From contig CP174360.1 of the NCBI GenBank assembly GCA_045401155.1, positions 233,403 to 297,402 of the forward strand: a stretch of DNA of 64,000 nt. The letters are read 5' to 3'. The notes beneath the pieces were generated by a model that saw nothing but the letters and a program-made list of their open reading frames with translations, did not search any database and was not told the DNA's origin. Made by a program: the position numbers and the translations under genes. Positions 1-9,252 of the stretch are shown one piece after another. This DNA is from Candidatus Minusculum obligatum. Its GTDB lineage: Bacteria; Patescibacteriota; Minisyncoccia; Phycocordibacterales; Phycocordibacteraceae. Each line of letters begins with the position of its first letter. Position 1 is the stretch's first letter.

Positions 1-2
1 TA

Positions 3-1247
3 TCAACAAAAGAGGCTGAGAGTCTAAAAGAGGTGTCTCGAGCAGTATATGCAATGCTCGAAGAGTGTTTTGAAAATACCAACAAAACAACTTTTGTTGT
101 TTCTGGAGAAGAAGATGCGAGTGTTTCTGGGGTGCATACAAAAATTGCGTACGCAACATTTGCTCGTATGCCTACAGAGAAAGCTCATGGTGCGTCTATT
201 GCACATATGTGCACCTCTTTTGTAAAGAGCGGGTTTGAAGTGCAACTTATAACGCCAGAGCGGAAAAATGTAATTGATACAGATATATATGAATACTATG
301 GTGTGCCGAACGTGTTCTCGCACACATATCTATCAGTACGGGATCTGTTATCTTTTTGTACGTCACAACTTTGTTTTTTCTTACAAAAAATATTATTTGC
401 ACGAGCTGTAGCAAAGAAGGCTCTTGCTCCAATTGTGTATACGCGAGATCCAGAGGTTGCGTTTTTCTTGAAGAAAAAGCGTACGGTTGTATTTGAGGCA
501 CACCGCATGCCTTCTGGAGTAAAGGCATCTATTGTTGGGTGGTTGTTGCGCGGAGTTTCTCTTGTTGTTGCAAACTCAAAAGGAACTGCCCAGGCATATG
601 CCTCTCAGGGTATAGAGAATATTGTTGTGGCGCCAAATGGTTTTGATGCAGCATCTTTTGATGTGGCGCATGCAAAAAAAGATGCACGTGCTGATCTTGG
701 AATTAAGGAGAGTATAAATGTTGCAATGTATGTTGGATCGCTAGAGTTGTGGAAGGGTGTGAAGACACTTTTTGAAGCAGCAGAAGGTTTGAGGCAGCAT
801 GGTATTGAAACGGTTGTTATAGGAGGAGGTGACAAGGAAGTAGAAAAACTTAAGGTAAAGTATCGCTCAGTTACATTTCTCGGATTTAAGCCGTATAAGG
901 ATTTGGCAAAAAATCTTCAAGCCGCAGATGTGCTCGTGTTGCCAAATACCAAGAAAGACACGCAGTCATTGAAGTACACGTCTCCTATTAAGCTATTTGG
1001 CTACATGGCCTCTGGGGTTCCTGTTGTTGCTTCAGATATTGAATCTATTCGAGAAGTTCTTACAGAAGATATGGGTGTTTTGGTTGCGCCAGATAATGTA
1101 GATGCACTTATCTCGGGAATTATTGGAGTTGTAGAGAGTGAGGGAAAAGGTCAGGAGCTTGCAGCTAATGCAAAAGAAGAGAGTAAGAAGTACACGTGGG
1201 ATATGCGTGGAAAGGCTGTTACTAGTGCAATACGTAACGTTATATGA
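3..1247 (+). CDS. Glycosyltransferase family 4, 5'-partial; apparently fused to an upstream domain
   Basis: Frame is open from the window edge. GT4 N-terminal KIAYATFARMPTEKAHG and C-terminal SPIKLFGYMASGVPVVASD motifs. Confidence 0.85.
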   Translation, partial: STKEAESLKEVSRAVYAMLEECFENTNKTTFVVSGEEDASVSGVHTKIAYATFARMPTEKAHGASIAHMCTSFVKSGFEVQLITPERKNVIDTDIYEYYGVPNVFSHTYLSVRDLLSFCTSQLCFFLQKILFARAVAKKALAPIVYTRDPEVAFFLKKKRTVVFEAHRMPSGVKASIVGWLLRGVSLVVANSKGTAQAYASQGIENIVVAPNGFDAASFDVAHAKKDARADLGIKESINVAMYVGSLELWKGVKTLFEAAEGLRQHGIETVVIGGGDKEVEKLKVKYRSVTFLGFKPYKDLAKNLQAADVLVLPNTKKDTQSLKYTSPIKLFGYMASGVPVVASDIESIREVLTEDMGVLVAPDNVDALISGIIGVVESEGKGQELAANAKEESKKYTWDMRGKAVTSAIRNVI

Positions 1248-2263
1248 AAATCTGTCTTTTTGGTTTTTTTGATCCCTCTTACTCACGCAACAGTATTGTT
1301 GTAAAAAGCCTTTTGGCGTGTGAGGCGGAAGTTGTTTCAGTGCAAAAAGAGAAAGTGAGTTTAGGTGGGATTTTTTCACTCCTATTTTCAATTCCAAAAG
1401 ATATAGATGTTGTGCTTGTGGGATATTCAGATAATCGTATAGGAGTATTGCTCGCAAAAATCTTTTTTAGAGGTCCTGTTATTTGGGATGCATTTTATTC
1501 ACTCTATGATACGCGAGTACATGATAGAAACCTTGTATCAAAACATAATCTAAAAGCCTGGCTATATTGGTTTTTGGATTGGATGAATATTACTCTTGCC
1601 GATGGGTATGTATTTGATACTGCAGCACACAGGGAGTATTTTGAGAAAACGTTTGGTGCAAAAAGAAATAAAGGTAAGGTTTTGTATATTGGTTCAGATA
1701 CAGAAGAAGTTAGCTGTGAGGAGCGGGACGTCATTGGTTTTTATGGAAAGTACATTCCATTGCAGGGGGTTGAAAAAATAGTGGAGGCAGCAGCGTTGCT
1801 GCCCGAGTATTCTTTTGAATTTATTGGTTCAGGGCAAACGTATAAAGCAGTGCAAGAGCGCATAAAAGAACTTGGTGTAGAGAATATTACGTGTATTGAT
1901 CGTCTTCCATACGATGAGCTTATGCAGCGTGTTTGTTCATGGAAGCTCGCACTCGGTATTTTTGGCGCATCAGAGAAAGCGTCTCGTGTAATTCCAAATA
2001 AGATTTATGATGCTGCAGCTTTAGGTAAGGCAATTATCACACTTGATACACCTGCTGTTCGGGAATTATTTGTACACGATAGAGACATTATTCTTGTAGA
2101 TGGAAGTCCGGAGTCTGTTGCAAGGGAGATTAAAGACCTCATGGAGGACGCTGAACGCAGAGTGCGTATTGGAGACTCTGCAAAGATGCTTTCAAAGAAA
2201 AAACTGGCAAAGAAAGTGCTTGGCATAGAGCTTATTTCCTTTTTGCGTAAATACGTGGGATAG
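1244..2263 (+). CDS. Glycosyltransferase family 4
   Basis: FYGKYIPLQGVE and IPNKIYDAAALGKAIIT GT-B motifs; ATGA overlap with the previous gene. Confidence 0.85.
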   Translation: MKICLFGFFDPSYSRNSIVVKSLLACEAEVVSVQKEKVSLGGIFSLLFSIPKDIDVVLVGYSDNRIGVLLAKIFFRGPVIWDAFYSLYDTRVHDRNLVSKHNLKAWLYWFLDWMNITLADGYVFDTAAHREYFEKTFGAKRNKGKVLYIGSDTEEVSCEERDVIGFYGKYIPLQGVEKIVEAAALLPEYSFEFIGSGQTYKAVQERIKELGVENITCIDRLPYDELMQRVCSWKLALGIFGASEKASRVIPNKIYDAAALGKAIITLDTPAVRELFVHDRDIILVDGSPESVAREIKDLMEDAERRVRIGDSAKMLSKKKLAKKVLGIELISFLRKYVG

Positions 2264-2279
2264 GGCACTATAACTATAT

Positions 2280-3596
2280 ATGGAGCAGAAAAGCTACTAC
2301 AATACGCGTACTCCGTACGAGAAAATATCTCGAGGTAGATACGAGTCTATCGCTCGTCTTCTTAAGAAAAAGAACGTGCGTGCGGTTCTTGATATTGGTT
2401 GTGGTGTAGGAGGTCTTGGAAAAAAGTTAAAAGAGGACGGTATTGTTTCTTCTGTATACGGTCTTGATATCTCTAAGGAGGCTGTGGGAGAGGCAAAGAG
2501 CGTACTTGATGGCGCGTGGGTATTTGATGCAGAGAGTAATTCTTTCCCCAAAGAAGTTCCGCTTGAAGATGTTGATATCATTATTATTTCAGAAGTACTA
2601 GAGCATCTTTTTGATCCAGAAGAATTTCTTAAAAATGTTCGGGCGGTATCTAGTGCACCGATTTTAATTTCAGTTCCAAACATTCTCTTCTGGAAAAATA
2701 GATTAAAGTTATTGTTTGGTTCATTTCGGTATACACAAAGCGGTCTGATGGATCGGGGTCACATTCGTTTCTTTACACCAGACACGCTCAAAGAAACGCT
2801 TATTCGTGCGGGGTATGAGACTGTTGGTACAGACCATGTCTTCCCAACACGTATCACATCACTTTTAAATAACGTCTTCCCGGGCTTGTTTGCCCGGCAG
2901 TTTGTTGTATTGGCAGATCCTATCGATGTGCTGGTATATACTGCAATATTTGGAAAGTACGACACGCTTGCACCAGCGCCATCTATTCCAGGAGTTGCTT
3001 TTGTTTGCGTAACTGATTCAGAGAAATACAAAGTTTCGGGATGGACGATGCAATATATGGAGCCACAGTATGAAGATGTGGTGCGTAATGCACGGTTTGT
3101 AAAAGTAAATCCGCACATTGTATTTCGGCACATTCCTACAAGCATCTGGATAGATGGAAATATTTCTGTTGTTGGAGATGTAAAAGAGGCCTTGGAAAAG
3201 TATCTTGCAGATGGCGTGTCTATGGCCGTGTATGACCATGGGTCAACTGTAGGAGATGCTCGCACCTCGCTTTTTGAAGAGGCAGGTGTGCTTATCGCTT
3301 CAGGAAAGAAGGATGATCCAGAGGTGATGCAGAAACAGATTGATCGATATAAGGAGGAGGGGTATGCGGATGATCAAGGGCTTATCTCAAGTATGGTTAT
3401 GTTTCGTCGGCATATGGATCCTGTGCTTCAGAAGGGTCTTTCTCGTTGGTGGGAAGAAATAGAGGGAGGCAGCCGTCGTGATCAGCTCTCATTTAATTAT
3501 GCGATGTGGAAAGAGGGCGTGCCATTTACATATATAAAGGAAGATTCTCGAAATAATGCATATTTCGTACATGTTCCACATAAGAAGCGATCATGA
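2280..3596 (+). CDS. Class I SAM methyltransferase fused to a DUF616/TOD1-MUCI70-like glycosyltransferase domain
   Basis: N-terminal VLDIGCGVG and EVLEHL; C-terminal VYTAIFGKYD, SIWIDGN, SRRDQLSFNY. Confidence 0.8.
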   Translation: MEQKSYYNTRTPYEKISRGRYESIARLLKKKNVRAVLDIGCGVGGLGKKLKEDGIVSSVYGLDISKEAVGEAKSVLDGAWVFDAESNSFPKEVPLEDVDIIIISEVLEHLFDPEEFLKNVRAVSSAPILISVPNILFWKNRLKLLFGSFRYTQSGLMDRGHIRFFTPDTLKETLIRAGYETVGTDHVFPTRITSLLNNVFPGLFARQFVVLADPIDVLVYTAIFGKYDTLAPAPSIPGVAFVCVTDSEKYKVSGWTMQYMEPQYEDVVRNARFVKVNPHIVFRHIPTSIWIDGNISVVGDVKEALEKYLADGVSMAVYDHGSTVGDARTSLFEEAGVLIASGKKDDPEVMQKQIDRYKEEGYADDQGLISSMVMFRRHMDPVLQKGLSRWWEEIEGGSRRDQLSFNYAMWKEGVPFTYIKEDSRNNAYFVHVPHKKRS

Positions 3597-4444
3597 AAGT
3601 AAGTGTAGTTATTCCAACGTACAATAGAGTAGATCTCCTAAAGAAGGCGATTGATTCTGTCGCAGCACAAACGTATAGAGATTTTGAAATTATCGTAGTT
3701 GATGATGGAGAAGACTCTCCAGAGGAAATGCTCGCCGCATTTTCAAACCTCTCTATTACGTATCATAAGAATGAAAAGAAGTTAGGTGGTGGCGGGTCTC
3801 GCAATAAAGGAGTGTCGCTTGCAGCACATGATGTTATTGCATTTTTAGATGATGATGACTCTTGGGTTCCCGAAAAGCTGGAGAAGCAGGTGGCAGCACT
3901 AAGGGAACACAAAGAAGCTCTATTTTGTTTTTGCGCGGTACTAAATGTGTTTCCAGATAAGGAAGAGCGCACGCATGTAGTAGAAGGGCTTTCTGATGTA
4001 CATCTACTATCTCTTCGTCGATTCAAAGGTTTTCTTACAAGCGGGCTTGTTGTGTATAAGGATGTGTTTGAGCGTATTGGTGGATTTGATGCTACCTTTC
4101 CAAGTCATCAAGAAGCTGAGCTTATGATTAGACTCTCGAGAGAGGGTAAGGGTGTTGGTATAGATGAACCACTTGTTCGCATGAACTTAGCGCATGGGAG
4201 AGATCATATTGGCGGAAATATAGAGCGAAGAATTAAAGGAAGAGAAATGCTTTTAAAAAAGCATGAAGGAGTATATAAAGAACATAAGGATATATATGCG
4301 CTTCAGTGGTACCGGCTCTCCTTTTTATACAGAGATGCTAAAAAAAGCGTTGTCGCAGCTTCATGCCTGCTTCATGCCTGGAGATTTAGTCTGAACCCGT
4401 ATTACCTGATCAGGTGCATTGTAATGTTGGTTTTTAAAAGGTAG
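3593..4444 (+). CDS. Glycosyltransferase family 2
   Basis: VSVVIPTYNR, IIVVDDG, AFLDDDD. Confidence 0.9.
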   Translation: MKVSVVIPTYNRVDLLKKAIDSVAAQTYRDFEIIVVDDGEDSPEEMLAAFSNLSITYHKNEKKLGGGGSRNKGVSLAAHDVIAFLDDDDSWVPEKLEKQVAALREHKEALFCFCAVLNVFPDKEERTHVVEGLSDVHLLSLRRFKGFLTSGLVVYKDVFERIGGFDATFPSHQEAELMIRLSREGKGVGIDEPLVRMNLAHGRDHIGGNIERRIKGREMLLKKHEGVYKEHKDIYALQWYRLSFLYRDAKKSVVAASCLLHAWRFSLNPYYLIRCIVMLVFKR

Positions 4445-4454
4445 TATTTTGGAC

Positions 4455-5174
4455 ATGAGAAATTTTGTAAAAGAGTTTAAGAGGCGAAACCTATATTTGA
4501 AGGGTGGAAGAGAAATTTTTTATGATCTTGCTGGAGAGTACCTTCCAGAAAACGATGATGCGGTTGTTGTTGATGTGGGTAGTGGCTTTGGTGTTTTTGC
4601 AAAACACCTGGGGCTGCATGACAGGTATAAGAACCTTCACCTTCTTGATGGAAGCAAAGAGGCTTTTAGAGTTGTTCCTCTAACTACGCTCTACACAATA
4701 CCTGAAAAACTTCCTTTTAAAGATGAAAGTGTAGATTTTTTGCACGCAAGCCATATCGTTGAGCATTTGTACTATGAAGACCTGCATTTTTTCATGAAAG
4801 AAGTAAATAGAACACTTAAAAATGGAGGAGTCTTTGTGGTAAGTGCACCGTTGTTTTGGAAGAAGTTTTTTGGGAATCTAACACACATAAAGCCATATGA
4901 GCCGAGAATGTTTGAGCGTTATTTAGGTCCGGAGGGAAATGGCCCTACGGCAGGCACAACACTTCCTAAAATTGCAGACACTTTCCATACTGAACGCCTA
5001 GAGTACAGGTATACAGAGCACGGGAGTGTTAGCGAGCTTGGATCTCGTTACTTCGTTGTTGATGTTTTAATGAAAATTACCCAGAATATCTTATGGCATT
5101 TTGGATTTAGGAGGTATCAAAAGAACGGTTATACGCTCGTGCTTAGAAAATTAGAGTCTGTTGAAAAGAAATAA
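4455..5174 (+). CDS. Class I SAM-dependent methyltransferase (Methyltransf_11-like)
   Basis: VVDVGSGFG, LPFKDESVD, HIVEHL, RTLKNGG. Confidence 0.8.
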   Translation: MRNFVKEFKRRNLYLKGGREIFYDLAGEYLPENDDAVVVDVGSGFGVFAKHLGLHDRYKNLHLLDGSKEAFRVVPLTTLYTIPEKLPFKDESVDFLHASHIVEHLYYEDLHFFMKEVNRTLKNGGVFVVSAPLFWKKFFGNLTHIKPYEPRMFERYLGPEGNGPTAGTTLPKIADTFHTERLEYRYTEHGSVSELGSRYFVVDVLMKITQNILWHFGFRRYQKNGYTLVLRKLESVEKK

Positions 5175-6389
5175 AAGGAGGGCAATTCCAATTGCTCTAG
5201 AAGAGACAAGAGCATATATTGCACCCCAAAGCCCAAAGAGTGGAAGCAGTATAAGTAGTAGTGTTATCCGAACAATAGGCATTGTAATTTGAATAACATA
5301 AAGCTCTTTTGTGCGCATGTGTGCTGTTAGAACATTTGAAAAAAACATTGAAGGTAATGCAAGAAGAGTGAGAGAGAATATCTGAGAGTACGGAACAGCG
5401 TTTAAATAAAGAGGGAAAAAGATTTTAAATATATATGGCGCTGTAACAATATATAGCCCTACAACAAAAGTAATAAAGATAAAAAATAAGAATGCCTTGC
5501 GCGGCACACTTTCTTTTAGGCGATCTAATTTCTGCGTGCTTGTTTTGGGCAGGAGTAGTGTTGAAATAATTCTAGAAGACCCTTGTATTTGAGAAGGGAT
5601 TCCTGTTGCAAAGGCATATATTGCAGTTGGTAGTGCTCCTAGGAAGTGAAAAACAAGAATAGTATCAACATTATTGGCAACACTTCCAAGTATATTCATA
5701 AGACTTAGGTGAAGTCCGTAGGCGGGAAGTTCAGGGTCTGTTTTTTTCTCGGAACTTACATTTTTTTGTACGTATACAAAAAACACGAAAGAGATCAACG
5801 CGTGAGAAAAGAAGTGGGCAAATAAAATCAAAAGCACTTCTTTTGTAACTAAGAGAGTTGCAATAATTGTTGCGGTTGCAAGTGTGTTACGTATAAGAAA
5901 TAAGATTGTTTTTGTTTTAAACTTTTTCTTTCCAACAAGAAAAGCGTCATAGTAACCACCTGCTATGGATATTATTGAAAATACTCCTCCCAAAAGAATT
6001 CCACCTGCAAGAGTTAAGTTTTGATTTAGGAAGTAGTAGGCTCCAAGTCCTAAAGCTATAGTGATTGGAATAAAGCTCCAACGAATTTGAGTTAGAAAAC
6101 CTTGTAACAGCGCTCCATCAAAACCTTTTGCTGCAGAGCGTGTGATTGCCGCAGCCATGCTAGAAAGGGAAAATGCTGTAATAATTCCAACAATTGCAAG
6201 CACAAACTTATAATTGCCATACGTTGTCGCGGGGAGAAGGTTTGCAAAAAGAACAGTAAGGAGGAAAGTTAAGAAAATTCCGCCTATTTGGCCAACACTA
6301 AGCCAAAAGCCTCCATGGGCAAGGTAGACCATGTCTGTTTTTGTATATTTTTCACTCCATCTGAGTGTTTGCACAAGCATGTTTCTCAT
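5151..6389 (-). CDS. Oligosaccharide flippase (Wzx/MOP family)
   Basis: About 12 hydrophobic segments, LLPATTYGNYKF, PLFGLWGAIYA; adjacent to the GT cluster. Confidence 0.8.
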   Translation of the reverse strand: MRNMLVQTLRWSEKYTKTDMVYLAHGGFWLSVGQIGGIFLTFLLTVLFANLLPATTYGNYKFVLAIVGIITAFSLSSMAAAITRSAAKGFDGALLQGFLTQIRWSFIPITIALGLGAYYFLNQNLTLAGGILLGGVFSIISIAGGYYDAFLVGKKKFKTKTILFLIRNTLATATIIATLLVTKEVLLILFAHFFSHALISFVFFVYVQKNVSSEKKTDPELPAYGLHLSLMNILGSVANNVDTILVFHFLGALPTAIYAFATGIPSQIQGSSRIISTLLLPKTSTQKLDRLKESVPRKAFLFFIFITFVVGLYIVTAPYIFKIFFPLYLNAVPYSQIFSLTLLALPSMFFSNVLTAHMRTKELYVIQITMPIVRITLLLILLPLFGLWGAIYALVSSRAIGIALLLFLFNRL

Positions 6390-6429
6390 AAATATAAGTA
6401 TAGCAGCGAAGTTTGGTACCATAGTACAT

Positions 6430-6762
6430 ATGTACCTCTGGCTTGCAATTAGTTTTATCGCTGGCGTTTTTATAGGAAGAATGTTTTTAGGTAAGAAACA
6501 TAATGTTTTTTCTCATAAAGAAGCTGTAGAGTTTGGTAAAAAAGGAAGGGAGGCTCAGCAAGAAAGGGTGCAGCGCCGAAAAGAAAGAATTTTGGCGTAT
6601 GCAATAAAGAAGGGGAGAGTTGTAAATGATGATGCAGAAGACATGTTTTGCATTAGTGACTCTACGGCGTATAAGTATTTGCGCGAGTTAACTGATGAGG
6701 GAAAGCTAGAGAAACATGGGGAAGGTAGAGATACGTACTATGTGCCCATAAAGACACAGTAA
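6430..6762 (+). CDS. Small protein with N-terminal TM helix and C-terminal winged-helix (DeoR/Fic-type HTH)
   Basis: MYLWLAISFIAGVFIG TM; VNDDAEDMFCISDSTAYKYLRELTDEGKLEKHGEGRDTYY wHTH pattern. Confidence 0.65.
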   Translation: MYLWLAISFIAGVFIGRMFLGKKHNVFSHKEAVEFGKKGREAQQERVQRRKERILAYAIKKGRVVNDDAEDMFCISDSTAYKYLRELTDEGKLEKHGEGRDTYYVPIKTQ

Positions 6763-6771
6763 TAATTTGTA

Positions 6772-8628
6772 ATGAAAAAAGCACTTACATATTTTCTTGT
6801 CGGAATTACATTTTGTATAACCATTTTGCCGCTGCTGGTGTTTGATGGTCTATTTTTTCCATTTATTACGAGCAAGGCATTTGCATTTAGGTTTCTTGTT
6901 GAGTTTGGGGTAATTGCATTGTTGCTTCTTGCAACAATGGATAAGAAATTTATTCCAAAAATTACTCCGGTAACGGTATTCTTTTTTGTATTTGTAGGAG
7001 TAATGTTAATCGCAGATCTTTTGGGTCTTAATGTTACGCGAAGTGTATGGAGTAATTTTGAGCGTATGGAGGGGTGGGTAATGTTGGCGCACTTGTTTGG
7101 GCTGTTTCTTATATTTGATCGAGTGCTTTTTGTTAATGAATTATGGAAGCGTTTTTTACAGGCATCTCTAGGAGTTTCATTTTTGGTTGGGGTTCATGGC
7201 GCAGCTCAGCTTTTAGGATATGCAGAAATTCACCAGGGAGGTGTACGTCTTGATGCAAACTTTGGAAACGCAACATATCTTGCGGTATATACACTATTTC
7301 ATATCTTCTTTGCAGCATGGCTATTCTTTTCTACAAAGGTATCGTGGTTGCGATTCTTATACGTCGGAGTTGGTGCACTGAATCTTGTACTTTTGTACTT
7401 TAGTGGGACACGTGGTGCGCTTCTTGGTCTTATTGGAGGAGTGTTTGTGTCATTGCTTGTATATGGGTTTGCGAAGAAGAGTAAAAAAATACTTTCATTT
7501 GGACTAGGGTTTGTTTTGCTATCAGTCTTAGGTTTGGGAGTATTAAGTGCATATAAAGAGCACTCAGTTATTAAGGACGATCCTGTGCTTACACGTATTG
7601 CGGACATCTCGTTTCAGGCAGGAGAGACACGTTTTCGTATTTGGGATATCGCACTACAGGGATTTTATGAGCGACCACTTTTAGGTTGGGGGCAAGGGAA
7701 TTTCAATCTAGTATTTTCTAAGTATTACAATCCAAAACTTTATGCACAGGAGCCGTGGTTTGATCGTGCACACAATGTGTTTCTTGATTGGTTGATTGCA
7801 GGAGGAGCTTTTGGACTGTTGGCATATCTTCTGTTTTTCCTCTCCCTCTTTTTCTTTGTGTGGAGAGGTTCTTTTAGTCCAACAGAGAAAGGTCTTGTTA
7901 TAGGAGCATTAAGTGCGTATGCAATAAATAATTTATTTGTATTTGATAATCTTTTGAGTTACGTACCGTTTGTGTTTATTGCCGCGTTTGTAAGTAGTAG
8001 GGTTGTCAGGACATATAGCTTGCCAAAGATTTTACTACCCATCTCTATCACTCAGTCTCTCATTATTATTATTGGACTGTGTGTGGTGTATGTAGTGAAT
8101 ATCCCAGCGCTAAATGCAAATGGCGCGCTGCTTCGTGCACTTAACGGCACATATGCGCTTGAAGAGCGTCGTACATTCTTTGTAGAGGCGCTTTCATATA
8201 ACTCGTTTGCAGATCAAGAGATTCGAGAGCAGATGGTGCAGGTTGCGCTTTTGGGTGTGCGTAGCCCAAATCTTTCAGACCAGGCAAAGTTTGCACTTAT
8301 TGCTGATGCTGCTATTGAGATAGGGAAGCAAGCGCAGATTATGGAAGAGAGTGCTCGTATTCATATATTGTATGGAATCATGCTTCGTCTTCTTGGAAGC
8401 TTTGAAGATGCAGAAGTTGTGTTAGAGCGCGCATATAATGCCGCGCCAAACAAGCAAAGTGTTATTTTTGAATATGCACTCACAAAAGATCTTTTAGGTA
8501 AGCAAGAAGAGGCTGTTGCGTTGTTTAAGAAGGCGTATGAGTTAGAGCCAGGTTATTCAAAGGCAGAAGAGCTGTACCGTGCCATACTTGAAAAATATGA
8601 AAATTCTGCTATAGTATCGCCTAAGTGA
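6772..8628 (+). CDS. O-antigen ligase-like (Wzy_C) membrane protein with C-terminal TPRs
   Basis: FSGTRGA, RFRIWDIALQGFYERPLLGWGQGNF, DRAHNVFLDWL; TPR-like C-terminus. Confidence 0.85.
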   Translation: MKKALTYFLVGITFCITILPLLVFDGLFFPFITSKAFAFRFLVEFGVIALLLLATMDKKFIPKITPVTVFFFVFVGVMLIADLLGLNVTRSVWSNFERMEGWVMLAHLFGLFLIFDRVLFVNELWKRFLQASLGVSFLVGVHGAAQLLGYAEIHQGGVRLDANFGNATYLAVYTLFHIFFAAWLFFSTKVSWLRFLYVGVGALNLVLLYFSGTRGALLGLIGGVFVSLLVYGFAKKSKKILSFGLGFVLLSVLGLGVLSAYKEHSVIKDDPVLTRIADISFQAGETRFRIWDIALQGFYERPLLGWGQGNFNLVFSKYYNPKLYAQEPWFDRAHNVFLDWLIAGGAFGLLAYLLFFLSLFFFVWRGSFSPTEKGLVIGALSAYAINNLFVFDNLLSYVPFVFIAAFVSSRVVRTYSLPKILLPISITQSLIIIIGLCVVYVVNIPALNANGALLRALNGTYALEERRTFFVEALSYNSFADQEIREQMVQVALLGVRSPNLSDQAKFALIADAAIEIGKQAQIMEESARIHILYGIMLRLLGSFEDAEVVLERAYNAAPNKQSVIFEYALTKDLLGKQEEAVALFKKAYELEPGYSKAEELYRAILEKYENSAIVSPK

Positions 8629-8657
8629 GTGCTTTGAGCGCACACCGATGTTTGTAG

Positions 8658-8681
8658 AGATCCGCCTTTCGGCGGATTTTT
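8658..8681 (+). terminator. Intrinsic terminator after the ligase-like gene
   Basis: ATCCGCC-TTTC-GGCGGAT followed by a T tract. Confidence 0.7.
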
Positions 8682-8708
8682 GCATTTTTTACAACTCCTC
8701 TATACACT
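8680..8708 (+). promoter_or_regulatory. Sigma70-type promoter
   Basis: TTGCAT-N17-TACACT; predicted start near 8715, at the base of a long hairpin. Confidence 0.5.
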
Positions 8709-8715
8709 ATATATA

Positions 8716-8798
8716 GTTTGTAGGAAGAAGTGGGGGCGGCTGCACTCACGTATTAACATCGGTGGAGCTCGCACCCGTCCCCGCTTCTCTCTAGAAAC
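8716..8798 (+). ncRNA. Candidate structured small RNA or 5' leader (unassigned)
   Basis: GTTTGTAGGAAGAAGTGGGGGCGG pairs with CCGTCCCCGCTTCTCTCTAGAAAC (about 22 bp including G-U pairs); GC-rich island within an AT-rich spacer. Confidence 0.4.
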
Positions 8799-8825
8799 AA
8801 TCTACATAAACTACGTAGTTACAAT

Positions 8826-8834
8826 TTATCCACA
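8826..8834 (+). promoter_or_regulatory. Consensus DnaA box next to palindrome AACTACGTAGTT (8809-8820)
   Basis: TTATCCACA matches TTWTNCACA. Confidence 0.45.
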
Positions 8835-8951
8835 CAAAACATGATTCATGCGTCATGTTTTTTGTTTTGTGTTCGATAATACATGCATGGACACGCAGGT
8901 GAGTTCCTGCAACAGGGGTCGACTTTTATTTCAGTAAACTACGTAGATTCT

Positions 8952-9194
8952 ATGCCGGCAAAAAAGAAAGCTGCGCCTAAGCGAAAGACTGCTAAGAAAG
9001 CAGCTCCAAAGCGAAAGGTTGCAAAAAAGGCAGCACCTAAGAAAAAGGTGGCCAAGAAGGCTGCACCAAAGCGAAAGGCAGCACCTAAGAAAAAGGTGGC
9101 CAAGAAGGCTGCACCAAAGAAGAAAGCAGCTCCAAAGCGAAAGGTTGCAAAAAAGGCAGCTCCTAAGAAGCGAGTTGCAAAGCGACGAAAGTAG
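8952..9194 (+). CDS. Histone H1-like / Hc2-like Lys-Ala-Pro repeat DNA-binding protein (80 aa)
   Basis: Tandem KKAAPK(R/K)KVA units; an exact 45-bp DNA repeat at 9027-9071 and 9075-9119. Confidence 0.8.
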   Translation: MPAKKKAAPKRKTAKKAAPKRKVAKKAAPKKKVAKKAAPKRKAAPKKKVAKKAAPKKKAAPKRKVAKKAAPKKRVAKRRK

Positions 9195-9208
9195 TTTCGT
9201 AGCGTATC

Positions 9209-9235
9209 AAAACCCTCCAGAAATGGGGGGTTTTG
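9209..9235 (+). terminator. Intrinsic terminator
   Basis: AAAACCCTCCA-GAAA-TGGGGGGTTTT. Confidence 0.65.
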
Positions 9236-9252
9236 TGCTATCTTAGGGCAAT

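Noticed and set aside
8716-8798. SRP RNA, tRNA or known riboswitch
   Set aside because: Lacks the TCAGG...GGAAGCAG SRP motif, a cloverleaf or any aptamer I recognise; kept as unassigned.
8952-9194. CRISPR-like repeat array
   Set aside because: The repeats are in-frame coding units with no unique spacers; no cas genes in the window.
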